Part shown: positions 30,644-40,698 of the stretch, one piece after another
Position numbering within the stretch: position 1 is the first letter of the stretch
How the letters are laid out: the number at the start of each line of letters is the position of its first letter
Program-made: the position numbers and the translations under genes
Assembly (NCBI GenBank): GCA_965205865.1
Contig: CBDBHR010000028.1
Coordinates: 563,656-627,655 of the forward strand
Reading direction: 5' to 3'
Source of the DNA: a bacterium
GTDB taxonomy: Bacteria > SAR324 > NAC60-12
Length of the DNA stretch: 64,000 nt
The notes under the pieces: model-generated
Database searches by the model: none
Told to the model about the DNA's origin: nothing
The model's input: only the letters and a program-made list of their open reading frames with translations

Positions 30644-32380
30644 CAGGCTGTTGCAGATTTTATTTGCTTTTTCCAGGTGGATTTTGCTACACTTTTCATA
30701 GTCTAGTATCTGGTTTGAGTCCACTTTTCATATAACCATAGTAAAAATGGATTTCTATTATGGGTTTTCTGAGTAATGATCGTTCCACCCTCCAATTATC
30801 CACCACCGATTTGAACCACTTGATCCCGGATAACGATAAATGCCGTTTTGTGGTAGATTTCGTTTCCCGCTTGGATTTATCCTCGCTTTATGGCTCCTAC
30901 AAATCGCAAGGGGGGGATGCCTATGATCCGGCGATTCTGTTAGCGACCTGGTTTTATGCCTACAGTGAAGGCATTGAGAGTAGTCGTGTTTTGGAGAAAC
31001 TTTGTAAACGCGATCTTTGTTATATCTATGTTTCAGCGCATCTGACCCCCGACCACTGTGCCTTGAGCCGGTTCCGTCGTCGTCATTTGCAACGCCTGCC
31101 CTTCTATTTTGAGCAATTGATTCAAATGGCCATTGATCAGCAGGTCTCCGGTTTCGCTGAAATAAACCTTGACGGTTCGAAGCTGAAAACCTCTGCCAGT
31201 AAGAAACGCTCGAAAAATGCAGAACAATTAGAACGTCTTTTAGAAAAAACGCGTCAATCGATCGCCTCCCCTCTAAATTGCGAGTCTGAAGATCATCAAG
31301 GCGATGAAGAAGACTTAGCCGCCCTTCGTGGCGAAAAAGCCCGTCTTGAGCAATTCGAAGCAACGATTCTCCAATCTCAGCAAGATCTTCAAGCGCGTCA
31401 GCAAACCCTCAAACCCGAACATCGGGATGGCCATAAGATCAATCTGACCGATGCCGACGCACGCATGATGCCCTCGATTAACACACCCGGTTATAATGTG
31501 CAGGCAGCCGTCGATCGTGCCACTCATCTGATTGTGGCCGCTGAGGTGGTCTGCGAAGCCAACGATACCCAACAATTTGCGCCGATGCATCAACAGGCAG
31601 AAACCCACCTTCCCGAAGATCGGCAACGTCGTTATAATATGGATGCCGGTTATCATAGTTTTGAGCAACTCAACTATATCGAGCAGCATCAGATTGATGC
31701 CGTCATTGCCGACCCGCAACCGCAAAATAGAGCCAACCCTCTCCAGCCGACCCCCCTGGAAGAATTACTGCAAAACGATCGAAAGCTCGAACGTTCTGAT
31801 TTTTTCTTCGATGCAAAAAATGATGTCTATCAGTGTCCCAATGGGCAACAGCTCTCCTTTCAGCGTAACTTCAAGCGGGGCCAGGCCCAAGGGAGCACCT
31901 ATCAGGCCCCATCCTGTGAAGATTGTCCCCTCGCTCAGCGGTGTCTGCCCCCGAAGAATCGCTCGCGACTCAAACAGATCCATCGCCAAGAGCGCGAGCC
32001 CTACGCCGAAGCCATGCGCAATAAATTGCAAACCCCAGAAGCCAAACAACGACTCAAAACGCGCATGAGTACCGTCGAACCGGTCTTCGGCAACTTGAAG
32101 GCCAATCTCGGTTTTACCTCATTTCGATTTCGAGGGCAGAGACAAGTCAAAGGCGAATTTATGCTCATGGCCATTGCTCACAACCTCAATATTCTCTATC
32201 GCCTCCTTGAGGTGATTCGATTGATTCGCTTTCTCTACGCTTCATACGCAAAGGTTTATATGATTCTAACAATTTTAAAGATCAAAAACCATTTCATCAT
32301 TATGATGAGAATTGGGATCATACCCCGTTCTCACTGATTGTATGACCCGTTATGCAGGCAAAAAAATCTGCAACAGCCTG
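30644..32380 (+). mobile_element. IS1182-family IS (1737 bp) inserted into MITE-A, with an 18-bp TIR and a TTTC target-site duplication
   Basis: TIR caggctgttgcagatttt (30644-30661) versus the reverse complement of aaaatctgcaacagcctg (32363-32380); tttc at 30640-30643 and 32381-32384. Confidence 0.65.
30760..32337 (+). CDS. IS1182/IS5-superfamily DDE transposase
   Basis: 525 aa; N-terminal DUF772-like segment (DPAILLATWFYAYSEGIESSRVLE) and a C-terminal DDE region. Confidence 0.7.
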   Translation: MGFLSNDRSTLQLSTTDLNHLIPDNDKCRFVVDFVSRLDLSSLYGSYKSQGGDAYDPAILLATWFYAYSEGIESSRVLEKLCKRDLCYIYVSAHLTPDHCALSRFRRRHLQRLPFYFEQLIQMAIDQQVSGFAEINLDGSKLKTSASKKRSKNAEQLERLLEKTRQSIASPLNCESEDHQGDEEDLAALRGEKARLEQFEATILQSQQDLQARQQTLKPEHRDGHKINLTDADARMMPSINTPGYNVQAAVDRATHLIVAAEVVCEANDTQQFAPMHQQAETHLPEDRQRRYNMDAGYHSFEQLNYIEQHQIDAVIADPQPQNRANPLQPTPLEELLQNDRKLERSDFFFDAKNDVYQCPNGQQLSFQRNFKRGQAQGSTYQAPSCEDCPLAQRCLPPKNRSRLKQIHRQEREPYAEAMRNKLQTPEAKQRLKTRMSTVEPVFGNLKANLGFTSFRFRGQRQVKGEFMLMAIAHNLNILYRLLEVIRLIRFLYASYAKVYMILTILKIKNHFIIMMRIGIIPRSH

Positions 32381-32384
32381 TTTC

Positions 32385-32465
32385 GTAGGAATGACAAGGT
32401 TTCTCTAAGATATGAATATTTCATAACATATTGAATTTATTAAATTCTTATCTCGAACTCAGGTT
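32385..32465 (+). repeat. MITE-A copy 2, right part with the terminal inverted repeat
   Basis: gtaggaatgacaaggtttctctaagatatgaatatttcataacatattgaatttattaaattcttatctcgaactcaggtt. Confidence 0.55.
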
Positions 32466-32709
32466 AATTGAAGTGCGAACTGTGGGATTGAATACTGGAG
32501 GCGCTACGACCAGGACGATGGGGCGTTTGGCATCCAGGATGGAGAGATGCGACGCTTTGTCGTCTCTGCCTACGACCCGGCGCATTGGAAAAGACAGGGG
32601 AAAGAGATATTTGAGGTCGGGGAATGGCCCTTTTTATTGCGCAAATCCAAACATTCATAAAACCATATATGCCATCATCGCCTGCAACAACTGTCAGTTG
32701 GCTTCTTGG

Positions 32710-33063
32710 TTACGGGCTACGGCGAATCCTTACCCTACCTGATGAAATGACACTGAAAGCATTCAGCAGTTCGTCGTCTTGATGGGCAAACACAGCCGAT
32801 ACAATTCTTGCTTTGGTCCGTGGAGACAACCCCGCCAGGCGTAAGAGTACAACACCAGCGTGTATTCGTCCCAAGCGGAAAACGAGCTCACCAAAGTCCT
32901 TATCCGCCGTGATCAGCAATGCGCTATTTTGGTTCGCCCTACTTAATACGGTATCATCATCAATGCTCGGACTTAACTCCGCAATGTATAACACAGTATG
33001 ACTATCCTGCCGCAGGCGATCAACGATGGGTTTATCAACACTTTCATCAACGAGCAAATTCAT
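32710..33063 (-). CDS. DUF5615 (PIN-like, Mut7-C-related) putative toxin
   Basis: MNLLVDESVDKPIVDRLRQDSHTV...ALLITADKDFGELV. Confidence 0.6.
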   Translation of the reverse strand: MNLLVDESVDKPIVDRLRQDSHTVLYIAELSPSIDDDTVLSRANQNSALLITADKDFGELVFRLGRIHAGVVLLRLAGLSPRTKARIVSAVFAHQDDELLNAFSVISSGRVRIRRSP

Positions 33064-33296
33064 GTAGTTTGCTCGACAATTGGATAAATAACATCAGCAC
33101 GCAGGGTCTGAGCCGCAAAATTCAAGGCAGCCAGAACACATTCCCTGGTCAAACGGGGATGAGCCTCAAGGAGTTGATCAATCGTTTCACCTGCGGCGAG
33201 TTTTTCTAAAATTAATTCAACAGGAATGCGTGTTCCTGCGATGACGGGCTTCCCCATCATCACTGAAGGATCCGATTGAATGAGTTTGGTATCCAT
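33060..33296 (-). CDS. DUF433 putative antitoxin
   Basis: SDPSVMMGKPVIAGTRIPVELILEKLAAGETIDQLLEAHPRLTRECVLAALNFAA; 4-bp overlap with the DUF5615 gene. Confidence 0.6.
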   Translation of the reverse strand: MDTKLIQSDPSVMMGKPVIAGTRIPVELILEKLAAGETIDQLLEAHPRLTRECVLAALNFAAQTLRADVIYPIVEQTT

Positions 33297-33438
33297 GTCT
33301 CTTACCTCAATTTCCGCTCTAAAGATTATAGCTGCAAAGTCGTTCTATTTCATAAACAAATTGGCTTAAATGAAATTCCTATGGGAGATTTCTATCTGCA
33401 CGATTTGTGGACTGATATAATTGGATTATCGGTTAATA

Positions 33439-33702
33439 TCAGGTTGACTTTCTTCCTCTTCCCTGAGCTATTGGACCAGGATTTGCTTCTTTGATCGCTT
33501 CCAGGGAATTCTCGGGTTTCTTTTCCCCATACGCATTTTCTAATGCCCGTTGTGAAAAGCGCAGCTGCTCGTCTTGCTCGTCATCACGAGACTGCTTTGG
33601 GAGGACGAAGACAAGCAACCGGGTATCTGGTTCTAGTTGACATGGCTCGTCCAGGTAAATCTGCTCTCCATCAAAGTGTGCCCGCATTGTTCGAGGATTC
33701 AT
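33439..33702 (-). CDS. Small protein with a DUF104/AF2212-like N-terminus (antitoxin-like) and an acidic tail
   Basis: MRAHFDGEQIYLDEPCQLEPDTRLLVFVL resembles the swapped-hairpin antitoxin pattern; weak. Confidence 0.3.
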   Translation of the reverse strand: MNPRTMRAHFDGEQIYLDEPCQLEPDTRLLVFVLPKQSRDDEQDEQLRFSQRALENAYGEKKPENSLEAIKEANPGPIAQGRGRKST

Positions 33703-33878
33703 ACACTCTTTCTAGATCAATATCGTCGCCCAACGGCTTCGGCTTCATGCAAGTTTTCCCTTCATTCCCAAGACTTCAGAATATGTCTATCAGGTATAAA
33801 AGTTCTTAAACCTTCCTTTTTATGGAGTAGAGTAGGCATAAGAAAAAGCCTGACTCTGCAACGATCTGATCCTCAAAT

Positions 33879-33929
33879 TCACCGCATAAGAAAATCAAAA
33901 TTACCCATGACGATAACATTTGAAAATGG
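33879..33929. repeat. Conserved ~50-bp intergenic motif, copy 2
   Basis: gaaaatcaaaattacccatgacgataacatttgaaaatgggtgcgtaaagt. Confidence 0.45.
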
Positions 33930-34291
33930 GTGCGTAAAGTGAAACCCAACGCCTCAACTACGAGTCGCCCAATAAATGGTTCGCATGAGGTGTAATTCCT
34001 CGTAACTGATTTTCTGGTTAAACGCATCAAAAACCGGGCGTAGAAAGTCAGGTCCGAGCGAGTCGAAGGTCTCCAAGAAGGGGTCAGGCCATTAATTAAA
34101 TGAAAAGGGAGCAAAAAAACTAGACTCGTTCCTAATCAATTAATCATAGGTCTGACCCTTTTTCGAATGCGTATGTTGCGCCGCGTACTCCCCGCCGGTC
34201 CCGGATGTCACAGAAAGTGTCTACCTTTGCGTCCTGTAGTGCCCGGAAGAAACCAGTTTCATCAAACCCGTATACGCCGATGGTGACAATT

Positions 34292-34848
34292 TTAGGGTTC
34301 ATCTTCACTCCGAGGGTATCGCTTGCGCGAGCGGAACGTCGGTTCACCAAACAGAGAGAGTTGACCGCCAGTCAGCCGGTCGATGATTTCAGCTTGGGAG
34401 CGGAGGGCATCATTTTCGTCAATGTGAATGACAGGTATCTCTCCATCCGTCAAGGTCACACCGATCAGCTTGCTCCGGTGGCACTCCTCCGGTTTTCCCT
34501 CACTACACATAAGGGCGACCCGCCGATGTTGAGAAAAAGCGGTGTGGATACGGTGAATCCCATCCGCGTAAAAGTGCGTTGCTTTGACCTTTACGTAATC
34601 CACGACTCCGTTCACGTAACAATTTTCATCACCAGGCTGCCCGCCGAGCGTATCGCCCATGAACAAATAGCGAATGCCGTGTCTCTGTAGTTCGTCCGCT
34701 AGTTCCTCTTTGGAAAACTCCGGCTTATACCGCGAATAAGGTGCCGAACGCACATCGACAAGATACGCAATATCATATCGCTGTAGCGCCTTTACAAACT
34801 GTTCAATGGAACGGCTTCCGTAACCGATGGTGTAAATCGGAATGGTCA
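34292..34848 (-). CDS. DUF488 family protein (a second partial DUF488 N-terminal copy overlaps at 34144-34350)
   Basis: [50 protein letters not shown]; the downstream [35 protein letters not shown] repeats this pattern. Confidence 0.45.
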
Positions 34849-35254
34849 TATCGTGAAATACCTTTTGGTGGCAGAAACCGTTAGGGCGGGGGAACCCCGC
34901 CTTCAATGATTAAATAATCGGAGATAACTGGTACATCCAAGATTTACCCTATTTTCTCTGCGATTTCGTTGACGGGTTGAAATGGCCTCTTTACATCTGA
35001 AGGTGGAATAGGAATAACCGCATCAATGTACGGTATTCAGACCTCTACTTACCCGATTATCTCTTGATGGGTTGACATATTGCGCAAGTTATGAAGCAAT
35101 TTCACCTGAAGTTAAAAGAATGGACTGATACAAGTGGCCTGGCGGGCTCATTCAAACGCTGCGCCAAGTTCCGCGCAACCAGTACTTGACGGTGACCGAA
35201 CCCACTCAGCGATAGCGCCTTGGTCACTGCTGTCCGCTGCATTTTCTTGTCTTC

Positions 35255-36530
35255 TCAGAAGAAGACAAAGGACCGGACCACGACATTCTTCCGGCAGGGA
35301 GCGTCTTCGGGCGCAGCTGGGTCGATACAGGCAGAGTGAAAAGACCAACGAGACACGGAACCGTCGGTGACAGAGTCGTAGCACTTGAGCATCGAAACTT
35401 CAGTGGGCTTTTGCTCGGGAAACCAGTACCACTCGTGGTCGGGGCGGTAGGTAAAGCGGGTGGTCTCGCCGACACGATCGTCGTAGATGCGGTAGTTGGT
35501 GATGTAAGGCTGGTCAGCGAATGAGGGCCAGGCACAGAGTACGAAGGGGTTCTGACGCACCGTCCGCATCGGCTTGGCGAGGTTGATCGACATGAAGCGC
35601 CGTGACATCTTCGCCTTGGCCTGCTCCTCCGTGTTGTGCTGCTCGCGCCCGAAGTTCCGCAGGTTTTTCGTGAGCAACTCGCGGCAGCGCATACGACCGC
35701 TGTTGTCGTTCAGGTCGTTGTGCACAATATTGGCATAGTTTGCATTCACCCCCGGGTTTTTGTTGTCCTGGTCCTCCATGCGGTCGCCCTCGTAATCCTG
35801 GTCAAACACGTCGTGGTTGTACACGAGCGCATCCGTCGCGTCCGGGAAAAAATCCAGGAGGAGTTTCTCCATCTCCGAATAGAACACGCTTTCCACCTCC
35901 ACCGCGTCGTAGAAGTTCTCGCACTTGGACTCGCAGTGACCCAGCGCGAGGCCAAGCTTGTCCATACACTCGGGGCTGTTGGGCGAGAGACCTGGATAGT
36001 ACTCCTCCATTCGCCGCGCGTCGCGTAACACCTGTGGAAAATAGAGGCATCTCCGATTGATCTCCTGCTCTTCCTTACGCAACGCAGTTGCCTCGGCCTT
36101 GCGGGCCGGGTCCCGCCAAAGCGCGTTGGAAGAGACGATGGAGAAAGACGGCCGCTCGTAGACGGTGTAACGTAGTGGAAGCGCAACACCACCTTCAGGG
36201 GCTTTGATGTTGTTCGCCCGAATATAGTCCAGACACTCTGAGTGGGTACGAAACCCGAATCCCCACTTAGTCTCGATGGGACCAGGGGGAGCGTTGTCGA
36301 GCATATCGATAACCTCCGGCCCCTCCCCCTCTAAAATCTGGCGGAGCGCCGCTTCCGTGGCCTCAGCAGTTCCTGCATCCCCATCCCGATCGAACGACAT
36401 GTAAGACAACCCCCCGTTCTCAGCGATGGGTGGTGGCTGCCCTTCCGTAAGTTGAAGGGGAGGTATATAGACCGACGAAGCTGTCTCCACTGCATCCTGA
36501 TACGCGATATTATTTTTAAACTTGTCCATA
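35255..36530 (-). CDS. CmcJ/NvfI/AsaB-like oxygenase-family protein with a long N-terminal extension, in a GC-rich islet
   Basis: C-terminal half: VHNDLND..., INLAKPMRTVRQNPFVLCAWPSF, RFTYRPDHEWYWFPEQKPTEVSMLKCYDSVTDGSVSRWSFHSACIDP, RKNVVVRSFVFF match family hallmarks (HxD..., WRP...PLA-CD, RYR--H-WYY---DEVLL-K-YDS, RESIEVR-LVF). Confidence 0.5.
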
Positions 36531-36689
36531 GTGTATCCTCCGGTTAAATTCACCCCATCTTAGCTCACGGGGCTTGTAATTCTCAAGGCTCATTTTTATT
36601 AATGAAAATGATAAGATAAATGATGCTAAGAGAAATAAAGAACCAACTCATCCTGACCCGAAAAAGGTCAAAAATCAAGACATGCGCGT

Positions 36690-36763
36690 ATTCCGCTCAC
36701 TTCGATCACTGGTTCCGGCCACTTCGATTACTGATTCCGCTAGACTTCGATCACCCCTCATGT
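36690..36763. repeat. Three tandem ~22-bp direct repeats (iteron-like)
   Basis: attccgctcacttcgatcactg / gttccggccacttcgattactg / attccgctagacttcgatcacc. Confidence 0.4.
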
Positions 36764-36897
36764 CGGCTTTCGGGACCACGAATAGTAGGCTGGTTAGAAA
36801 TTTTTTCATTTTCCTTTTGACAGATGCTTTCTTAGTAGTTCATGAGTCGTAAGTTCTCGTAACTCATTGATATTATTGAGTCCGTGATAAACACTTT

Positions 36898-36976
36898 GTC
36901 ATTCTCGCGAAAGCGGGAATCCAGCTTATTTTCAAGGGCTTACGCAGACTGGATCCCGGATCAAGTCCGGGATGAC
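36898..36976. repeat. Family-B palindromic element
   Basis: gtcattctcgcgaaagcgggaatcc ... ggatcccggatcaagtccgggatgac. Confidence 0.45.
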
Positions 36977-37016
36977 ATAAGAACTCACCACTGACGAGTT
37001 AGTAGGGATAATCAAA

Positions 37017-37066
37017 AATATTGCTACAGTCAATATCATTTGAAAATAAGTGTGTAAAGAGAAATT
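37017..37066. repeat. Conserved ~50-bp intergenic motif, copy 3 (diverged)
   Basis: aatcaaaaatattgctacagtcaatatcatttgaaaataagtgtgtaaag. Confidence 0.35.
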
Positions 37067-37303
37067 TACGAGAGAATTTTTTTAGCAAGTTTCTTAGAGG
37101 GGTGGATAGCCTGTTGAATGTTTTAGCGTTTTTGCTCTGTACCGGTTTAAAACGAGCTGATTTCAGAAGCCACCTCTCTTTGCCGGGTCCGGATCCCCGG
37201 CATCCCTTTTCGATAGGTTGACAAATATCTTCAATGTGGGATACACTGTAAATTATTTTCATTCCACTAACAAAAATAAATGTGAATTATCGAGGAGATT
37301 ATC

Positions 37304-38239
37304 ATGGAACAACCAAAATTTGAAAGCACCGTCAATCCCCGTAAATCAACTGCCCTGTTTGCTAAATGGGGTGTGCTTGCAGTAGTAGTACTTGTTGTCT
37401 TGTACACCATCATCTTAGGCATTTATACAATCGAAGAAGGCCATGTAGGCATCGTCAAACGTTGGGGGAAAGCGGTCTCCGCCGTCGAACCTGGTTTGAA
37501 TTTCAAAATGCCATACATGGAAACCGTCGAAGAGATCGAAATTCGCGCTCGCAAGAATGAAGAAGTGTTGGCCGCTTCTACTTCCGAGACGATGCCGATC
37601 ACGGCCACAGTCTCGATCAACTGGGCCGTCATTAAAGAACAGGCCTTGGACATGTATGTGAATTATGGCGGGTTGTCTCAGTTTGAGAGCCGTATCCTCG
37701 ACCCCCGACTGCGCTCGGCAACGAAAGAAGCGATCGCCAAACATCCGGCCGATAGGATCATTCAGCAACGAGAAGTGATTATCGGCGATATCCAAACATC
37801 TCTGAACAAGACCATGCATGGGTTTCCAGTCGAACTGGATTCGGTACAGCTGGAAAATTTGAAACTACCGGAAAATTATTTGCAGGCCATTGGAGAGAAG
37901 CAGCGAGAAAAAGAACTGGCCAAAGCCGAAGAACACCGCTTGACCAAACAGCAACACACGGCGCAACAGGCTGTCAATACGGCCAATGCGGACCGAGATT
38001 CTCAGAGAGCCAGAGCCGATGGAATGGCTTATGAGATCAATACGATAGCCGAAGCGGAAGCCACGGCCATCAAATTGAGAGGCGCGGCGGAAGCGGAAGC
38101 CATTGAAAAGAAAGCCCAAGCCATTGCCACCAATCTTACCTTGGTGGAATATACCCGAGCTTTGAACTGGGATGGAAAATTGCCCGTCACGGTGATGGGC
38201 GAAGGGACCAACATCCTCTGGGGCATGGGAACTCAGTGA
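37304..38239 (+). CDS. SPFH/band-7 (prohibitin/HflC-like) membrane protein
   Basis: N-terminal TM segment, then EGHVGIVKRWGK...LNFKMPYMETVEEIEIR and a coiled-coil C-terminus. Confidence 0.7.
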   Translation: MEQPKFESTVNPRKSTALFAKWGVLAVVVLVVLYTIILGIYTIEEGHVGIVKRWGKAVSAVEPGLNFKMPYMETVEEIEIRARKNEEVLAASTSETMPITATVSINWAVIKEQALDMYVNYGGLSQFESRILDPRLRSATKEAIAKHPADRIIQQREVIIGDIQTSLNKTMHGFPVELDSVQLENLKLPENYLQAIGEKQREKELAKAEEHRLTKQQHTAQQAVNTANADRDSQRARADGMAYEINTIAEAEATAIKLRGAAEAEAIEKKAQAIATNLTLVEYTRALNWDGKLPVTVMGEGTNILWGMGTQ

Positions 38240-38304
38240 CAATCTTAAAATTCCGAAAATTCTGAAAAACTCAATCTGTCATTATCCGTCCACATATAAA
38301 TCTC

Positions 38305-39507
38305 ATGAAGACCTCTGATATTTTTGAATTGGAGTGCCATGTGATGCATTATGACTGGGGGAAAAAAGGGAAATCTTCCTTGGTTGCCCGTTTGTTGAGG
38401 GAACGTACGATTGATCCTGCAATGCCTTATGCCGAGTTGTGGATGGGAGCGCATGCCAATGCTCCCTCTCGTGTCAAAATTGGAGACGGTATCCTGCTCT
38501 CGCAGGTATTGCGTACCAAACCGGAGCTCCTTGGTGAATATACCAGACGACGGTGGGGGGTTTTGCCTTTTCTATTCAAAGTGCTTTCCATTGCTCAACC
38601 TCTCTCTATTCAAATGCACCCTGACAAAGATTGGGCCGAATCTCTACATCGACTCGACCCGGCTCATTACCCGGATGCCAACCACAAACCGGAAATTGCC
38701 TTGGCTCTTTCCGGATTTAAAATGCTATATGGTTTTAAAAACAAAACCACGCTCCTCGAGACTTGGCAGCAGTACCCTTGCCTTGCGGAATTTTTAAAAG
38801 AGGTCAATCCAACCTTGCTTGATTCCGGTCGCGCTCTTTCCATTGATCCGCAGAAAATGCTACCTGTCTTACTGCAGCTTCCAAAAGAGAAAGGTCTGGC
38901 ATTGCTGAAAGCACTTCATAACAATATCATGCAAAAAAAAGATCGCAGCGAAATGGATTATTCCTTCCTTGATTTGTATCCCCATTATCCAAGCGACCTG
39001 GGATTGTTGTTTCTTTATTTGATGCAAAAAGTCGAAGTTGCCCCTCATTCCTCTGTTTTTTTGCAGGCCAATCAGTTGCATTCCTATTTGAGCGGAGATT
39101 TGGTGGAATGCATGGCCGATTCAGACAATGTGATCCGGGCGGGCATTACCAACAAGTTCAAAGATGTCGAACGAATGTTGTCTCGAATCTCCTACCAAGA
39201 TCGACCGCCCCCCTTGCACGCCGGGATACCTGTTTCTGACCGCATTCGGCGCTATCCGTCAGCAGCGGAAGAGTTTGAGTTGCAAACCATCCAATTGCCA
39301 GAAGGTCATTCGATCCTTCAGGAAGAAACAGACAGTCCAGCCATTTTACTGATCTTGTCGGGAAAAGGTCTGCTGAGCAGGGAAGGGATTGGTTTTGGCC
39401 TGGAATCGGGTCGGGTTCTATTTACAGGTGCTCAACTATCATATACCTTGTGCGCCAGTGAAGCCTTGCAGGCTGTCAGGGCTTCCGTGCCGCTGCCAGG
39501 AAACTGA
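38305..39507 (+). CDS. manA: Mannose-6-phosphate isomerase, class I
   Basis: YAELWMGAHANAPSRV...LPFLFKVLSIAQPLSIQMHPDK matches PMI type I motifs. Confidence 0.6.
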   Translation: MKTSDIFELECHVMHYDWGKKGKSSLVARLLRERTIDPAMPYAELWMGAHANAPSRVKIGDGILLSQVLRTKPELLGEYTRRRWGVLPFLFKVLSIAQPLSIQMHPDKDWAESLHRLDPAHYPDANHKPEIALALSGFKMLYGFKNKTTLLETWQQYPCLAEFLKEVNPTLLDSGRALSIDPQKMLPVLLQLPKEKGLALLKALHNNIMQKKDRSEMDYSFLDLYPHYPSDLGLLFLYLMQKVEVAPHSSVFLQANQLHSYLSGDLVECMADSDNVIRAGITNKFKDVERMLSRISYQDRPPPLHAGIPVSDRIRRYPSAAEEFELQTIQLPEGHSILQEETDSPAILLILSGKGLLSREGIGFGLESGRVLFTGAQLSYTLCASEALQAVRASVPLPGN

Positions 39508-39531
39508 TTCCCTTTCTTAGCCGGAGGAGAT

Positions 39532-40689
39532 TCAACGTCGTTTTTTCGCGTACAATCGTTTGACGTGAAAAAGCACCCGCTCGATCAAGTAATCTACTTC
39601 CTTTTGCCGAGTATTCCAACCCATACTCACTCGCAGGCATGCTTTTGCTTTTTGCTTATCCAAACCCATGGCCAACAAGACCGGACTGGCTTCGATCGCG
39701 CCCGAAGAACAGGCGGATCCCGTCGAAACTGCAATCTGGTCCAAGTCCAGAGAAATCAGAAGACTTTCGGCACTGAGGCCGCTCCAGCCAAAATTCAGGG
39801 TGTTGGGCAAACAAGGGGCTCGAGCTCCATTGAGAAAAAAACCATCGGTGCCTTCAAATGCACGAATCATTTGCTCCTTAAAAGCCGTCAAGCGTTGGGC
39901 GATCGACTCTTGATGGGCCAGGACCCATGCGAGAGCTTCCGCAAAACCGTAGGCCAGCATGACGTTTTCCGTGCCAGCCCTCCTCACACGCTCTTGTTTG
40001 CCACCTGCTATCAATCCAATCAGCAGTGTTTCTTGTTTGACGTAAAGCAGCCCGATTCCCCGGGGGCCACCAAATTTATGGGCGGTTGCAGTCGCATAAT
40101 GGATTCCCCATTCCTTCCAGTTCATCGGAATTTTACCCAACCCTTGTACGCAGTCCACGTGGAACGGAATTTGACACTCCCGAGCCATGGCAGTCAAGGT
40201 GTCAATGGGCTGAATCACACCCGTTTCATTGTTGGCAGCCATGATCGAAATCAAGCGGGTTTGCGGGCGGATAGCCGGGGTCAGGGTTTCTGGAATAACC
40301 CGACCTTCGCCATCAACCGGAAGATAGCTCACCTCAATATGTGGCATCTTTTCCAGAATCCGGCAGGTTTCCAAAATGGAGGGATGTTCGATGCGGGAAG
40401 TGATGAGATGGACGGGTTCAACTGTCAGTAAAAACTGACGCAAAACCGTATTGTTGCTTTCACTGCCACCGCTGGTAAAAATCAATTCTTCGGATTCGAC
40501 TCCCAACAGGCTTGCCAGGCGGGCGCGTGAGGACTCGAGGAGGTCTTTCGCCACTCTGCCAGTCTGGTGGGGGCTGGATGGATTACCAAATTGATTCTGA
40601 GCGATTCGAGCCATTTTTTCCGCAAGATCCGGAAGCAAAACTGCAGTCGCATTGTAATCAAAATATGTTGGTTTTTCAGAAGAAAACAT
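39532..40689 (-). CDS. Cysteine desulfurase (aminotransferase class V, NifS/IscS-like)
   Basis: 385 aa; SGGSESNN, ...TATAHKFGGPRGIGLLYVK (PLP-lysine region), C-terminal SSGSACSSG active-site loop. Confidence 0.7.
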   Translation of the reverse strand: MFSSEKPTYFDYNATAVLLPDLAEKMARIAQNQFGNPSSPHQTGRVAKDLLESSRARLASLLGVESEELIFTSGGSESNNTVLRQFLLTVEPVHLITSRIEHPSILETCRILEKMPHIEVSYLPVDGEGRVIPETLTPAIRPQTRLISIMAANNETGVIQPIDTLTAMARECQIPFHVDCVQGLGKIPMNWKEWGIHYATATAHKFGGPRGIGLLYVKQETLLIGLIAGGKQERVRRAGTENVMLAYGFAEALAWVLAHQESIAQRLTAFKEQMIRAFEGTDGFFLNGARAPCLPNTLNFGWSGLSAESLLISLDLDQIAVSTGSACSSGAIEASPVLLAMGLDKQKAKACLRVSMGWNTRQKEVDYLIERVLFHVKRLYAKKRR

Positions 40690-40698
40690 CGCTCACTC

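Noticed and set aside
35134-36192. Cluster of 8 or more overlapping ORFs on both strands (62-148 aa)
   Set aside because: They lie in the GC-rich islet antisense to, or out of frame with, the 432-aa CmcJ-like gene. These are typical high-GC spurious ORFs.
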